From Camelus ferus (Eukaryota), in assembly GCF_009834535.1 (NCBI RefSeq), contig NC_045707.1:47990001-48054000 (forward strand): 64,000 nucleotides of DNA, in the 5' to 3' direction. This document shows, in pieces, positions 62,258 to 64,000 of this stretch. Position 1 is the first letter of the stretch, and each line of letters starts with the position of its first letter. The position numbers were made by a program, and so were the translations under genes. The notes under the pieces are model-generated. The model ran no database searches, was not told the DNA's origin, and was given only the letters and a program-made list of their open reading frames with translations.

Positions 62258-64000
62258 GTCCACTACCTCGTATGATAGAGCTTTTTGATAATTGATTGGA
62301 TGTAGAAGGATAGCATATTTTTTTTAGTGGAAATTGAAAGTAGAAACTTTTTAATCTACACAAGTAAGTTAACATGTAGTGGCTTTTAGGGGGTATGGGA
62401 TATTCATGTAAACATGTTCATACTGGAAATACGCAATCTAGTTTACTTGAAATCAATTACTTGAAATGAGTAGTCCTGAATAAATTTGGGAATTTATTTT
62501 TCCCTGTAATATGAAATTCTGACTTTGTAGACTACACAGTGATACACAGCTAACTGAGCAGGTATTTAGAATACAAAGGTTGTGAACTTTATTGGCAAGC
62601 CATCCTTGAAAGTTTGAATTGTAACAACAACATATGGACTACCCTTGCCAATTATTAATGGTTTTACTTTTCAATCTGTCTTTGGAACCTCAGCCCCTCT
62701 CCAATTTTTCAAACAAATTTATAGTAAAACAACTGGTATTAATCGTTTTTGCGCAAGTCTCACTCCAGTACGGACTGCATTGACCATTTTCACCAACTGC
62801 ATTGCATCTGGTAACTCCTTTGAAGCTGCATAAAGCTTTGCACACTAGATCACTGGGACCTAAGGCAAAGGGAGGGCTTCCAGAGAGTTTAGGAATATCT
62901 ATATCTTAGTACCTAAAACTTTTTTTTGTCATCCTTTTCTTGGAGAATCATTCTTAAAGATTCCAACGTTAAGTTTTTTTGTACTTTAAAGAAATTTGGT
63001 GGGAAGTGAATTTAATAAAAATACTTTTAGAATTCAGGTGATGTCTCACATGTAAGGAGCTGTTAAGTTCCCCTTTCAAAGCCTTGCAAACATCCCTGAG
63101 ACCTAAAATCCAGCTGTTTCCTGTGACTTTAACCTTAACATTCCCCAGACAATTGTCTTCAGTATAGTAGCTGTTTGATACATCTTTTCATTGCTTCTGG
63201 GGATGTTTTGCCAAGCTATTTTGATAAAAGCATTTGAGTGTCTGCTTTATACACATGCAGGTGTGTGCCAGGCCTGCACACATAGTCATTTGTTCCAGTT
63301 GTGTACATTTTTTTTTTTAAATAGGGGTGGAATTTAAAGGGCTTTCACACTGCCTGAGTTAAAAGATGGTTTCTTAGAAACCCTTTTAAGAAAGAATGAC
63401 TGCTTTCAATATCTTTAGTTGCCGCTGGCACCAGGGATTTGTAGTTACTGGGAATAAGTTTAGAAATATTACTTTCTGAGTTTTAACAGTTTAAACGTTA
63501 CTTCCTTTTTTTTTTTTTAATATAAATACTAGCTTGCTCTGTAATGCTGAATGAAGCAAGGCTTCAGGTGGATTGTATGACAGAGTTATCCTAGTGCAGA
63601 CAAGATAAATGTGGCTGTTCGCCCTGCAATCTGGAGTGGGAATCACATGTTCTTACCCTAAATTTGCAATATTTCTGTAATAATGGACTTGAAAGGCCAC
63701 CAGAAAATTGCTTTCTGGTACCATTGCACAAATGATTTCCTTAAGTTACTAGAACTCAAATTGCAAGTCATTTTGTATAGGTATTACAGATAATAGAATT
63801 GGCCTTCAAGTTACAGGGAAGCAGTATTCCTGAATATTCTAAGTGTCTAATGACTAAAGGTTTTCAGACTCTCTTTAATCTTAGAACAAATACATCTGCT
63901 ATTTGATGTTTCCTCTGGTGATTCTTAACATTTCTGATCCTCTCCTCTTTGCAGAAGAGAAATAAGATAACTGAAACAGTACTTTGTATATTGAAGTTTA

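Noticed and set aside
1..64000. CRISPR arrays, operons or prokaryotic defence systems
   Set aside because: Sequence is clearly mammalian; no regularly spaced repeat-spacer arrays or dense coding regions

Overview
Mammalian genomic DNA, probably camelid (judged from three tRNA-Ala-derived SINEs resembling the camelid Vic-1 type; recalled, not searched). The first ~58 kb is gene-free, AT-rich, repeat-rich sequence containing L1, MIR, L2, MaLR/ERV LTRs, hAT MITEs, SINEs and microsatellites. It ends at a CpG island carrying the complete two-exon BTG1 gene on the + strand (CDS 59255-59402 + 60358-60725, 171 aa), with a TATA/CCAAT/CRE/FOXO promoter and a proximal AATAAA at 61629. No prokaryotic-type system is present, and nearly all other ORFs in the track are spurious. 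The most notable observations are: (1) a 3.06-kb, TSD-flanked L1 with a full 5'UTR and ORF1 that lacks almost all of ORF2, joined exactly at a CAG| seen in a second L1 in the window, which suggests a spliced ORF1-only retroelement; (2) a 23-codon uORF plus a weak first AUG and a strong in-frame Met11 AUG in BTG1; (3) a long-range complementary pair in the BTG1 3'UTR; (4) a chimeric polyadenylated retro-insertion and several minimal poly(A) insertions with TSDs. Repeat family names come from recalled consensus sequences, and boundaries lacking TSDs are approximate.
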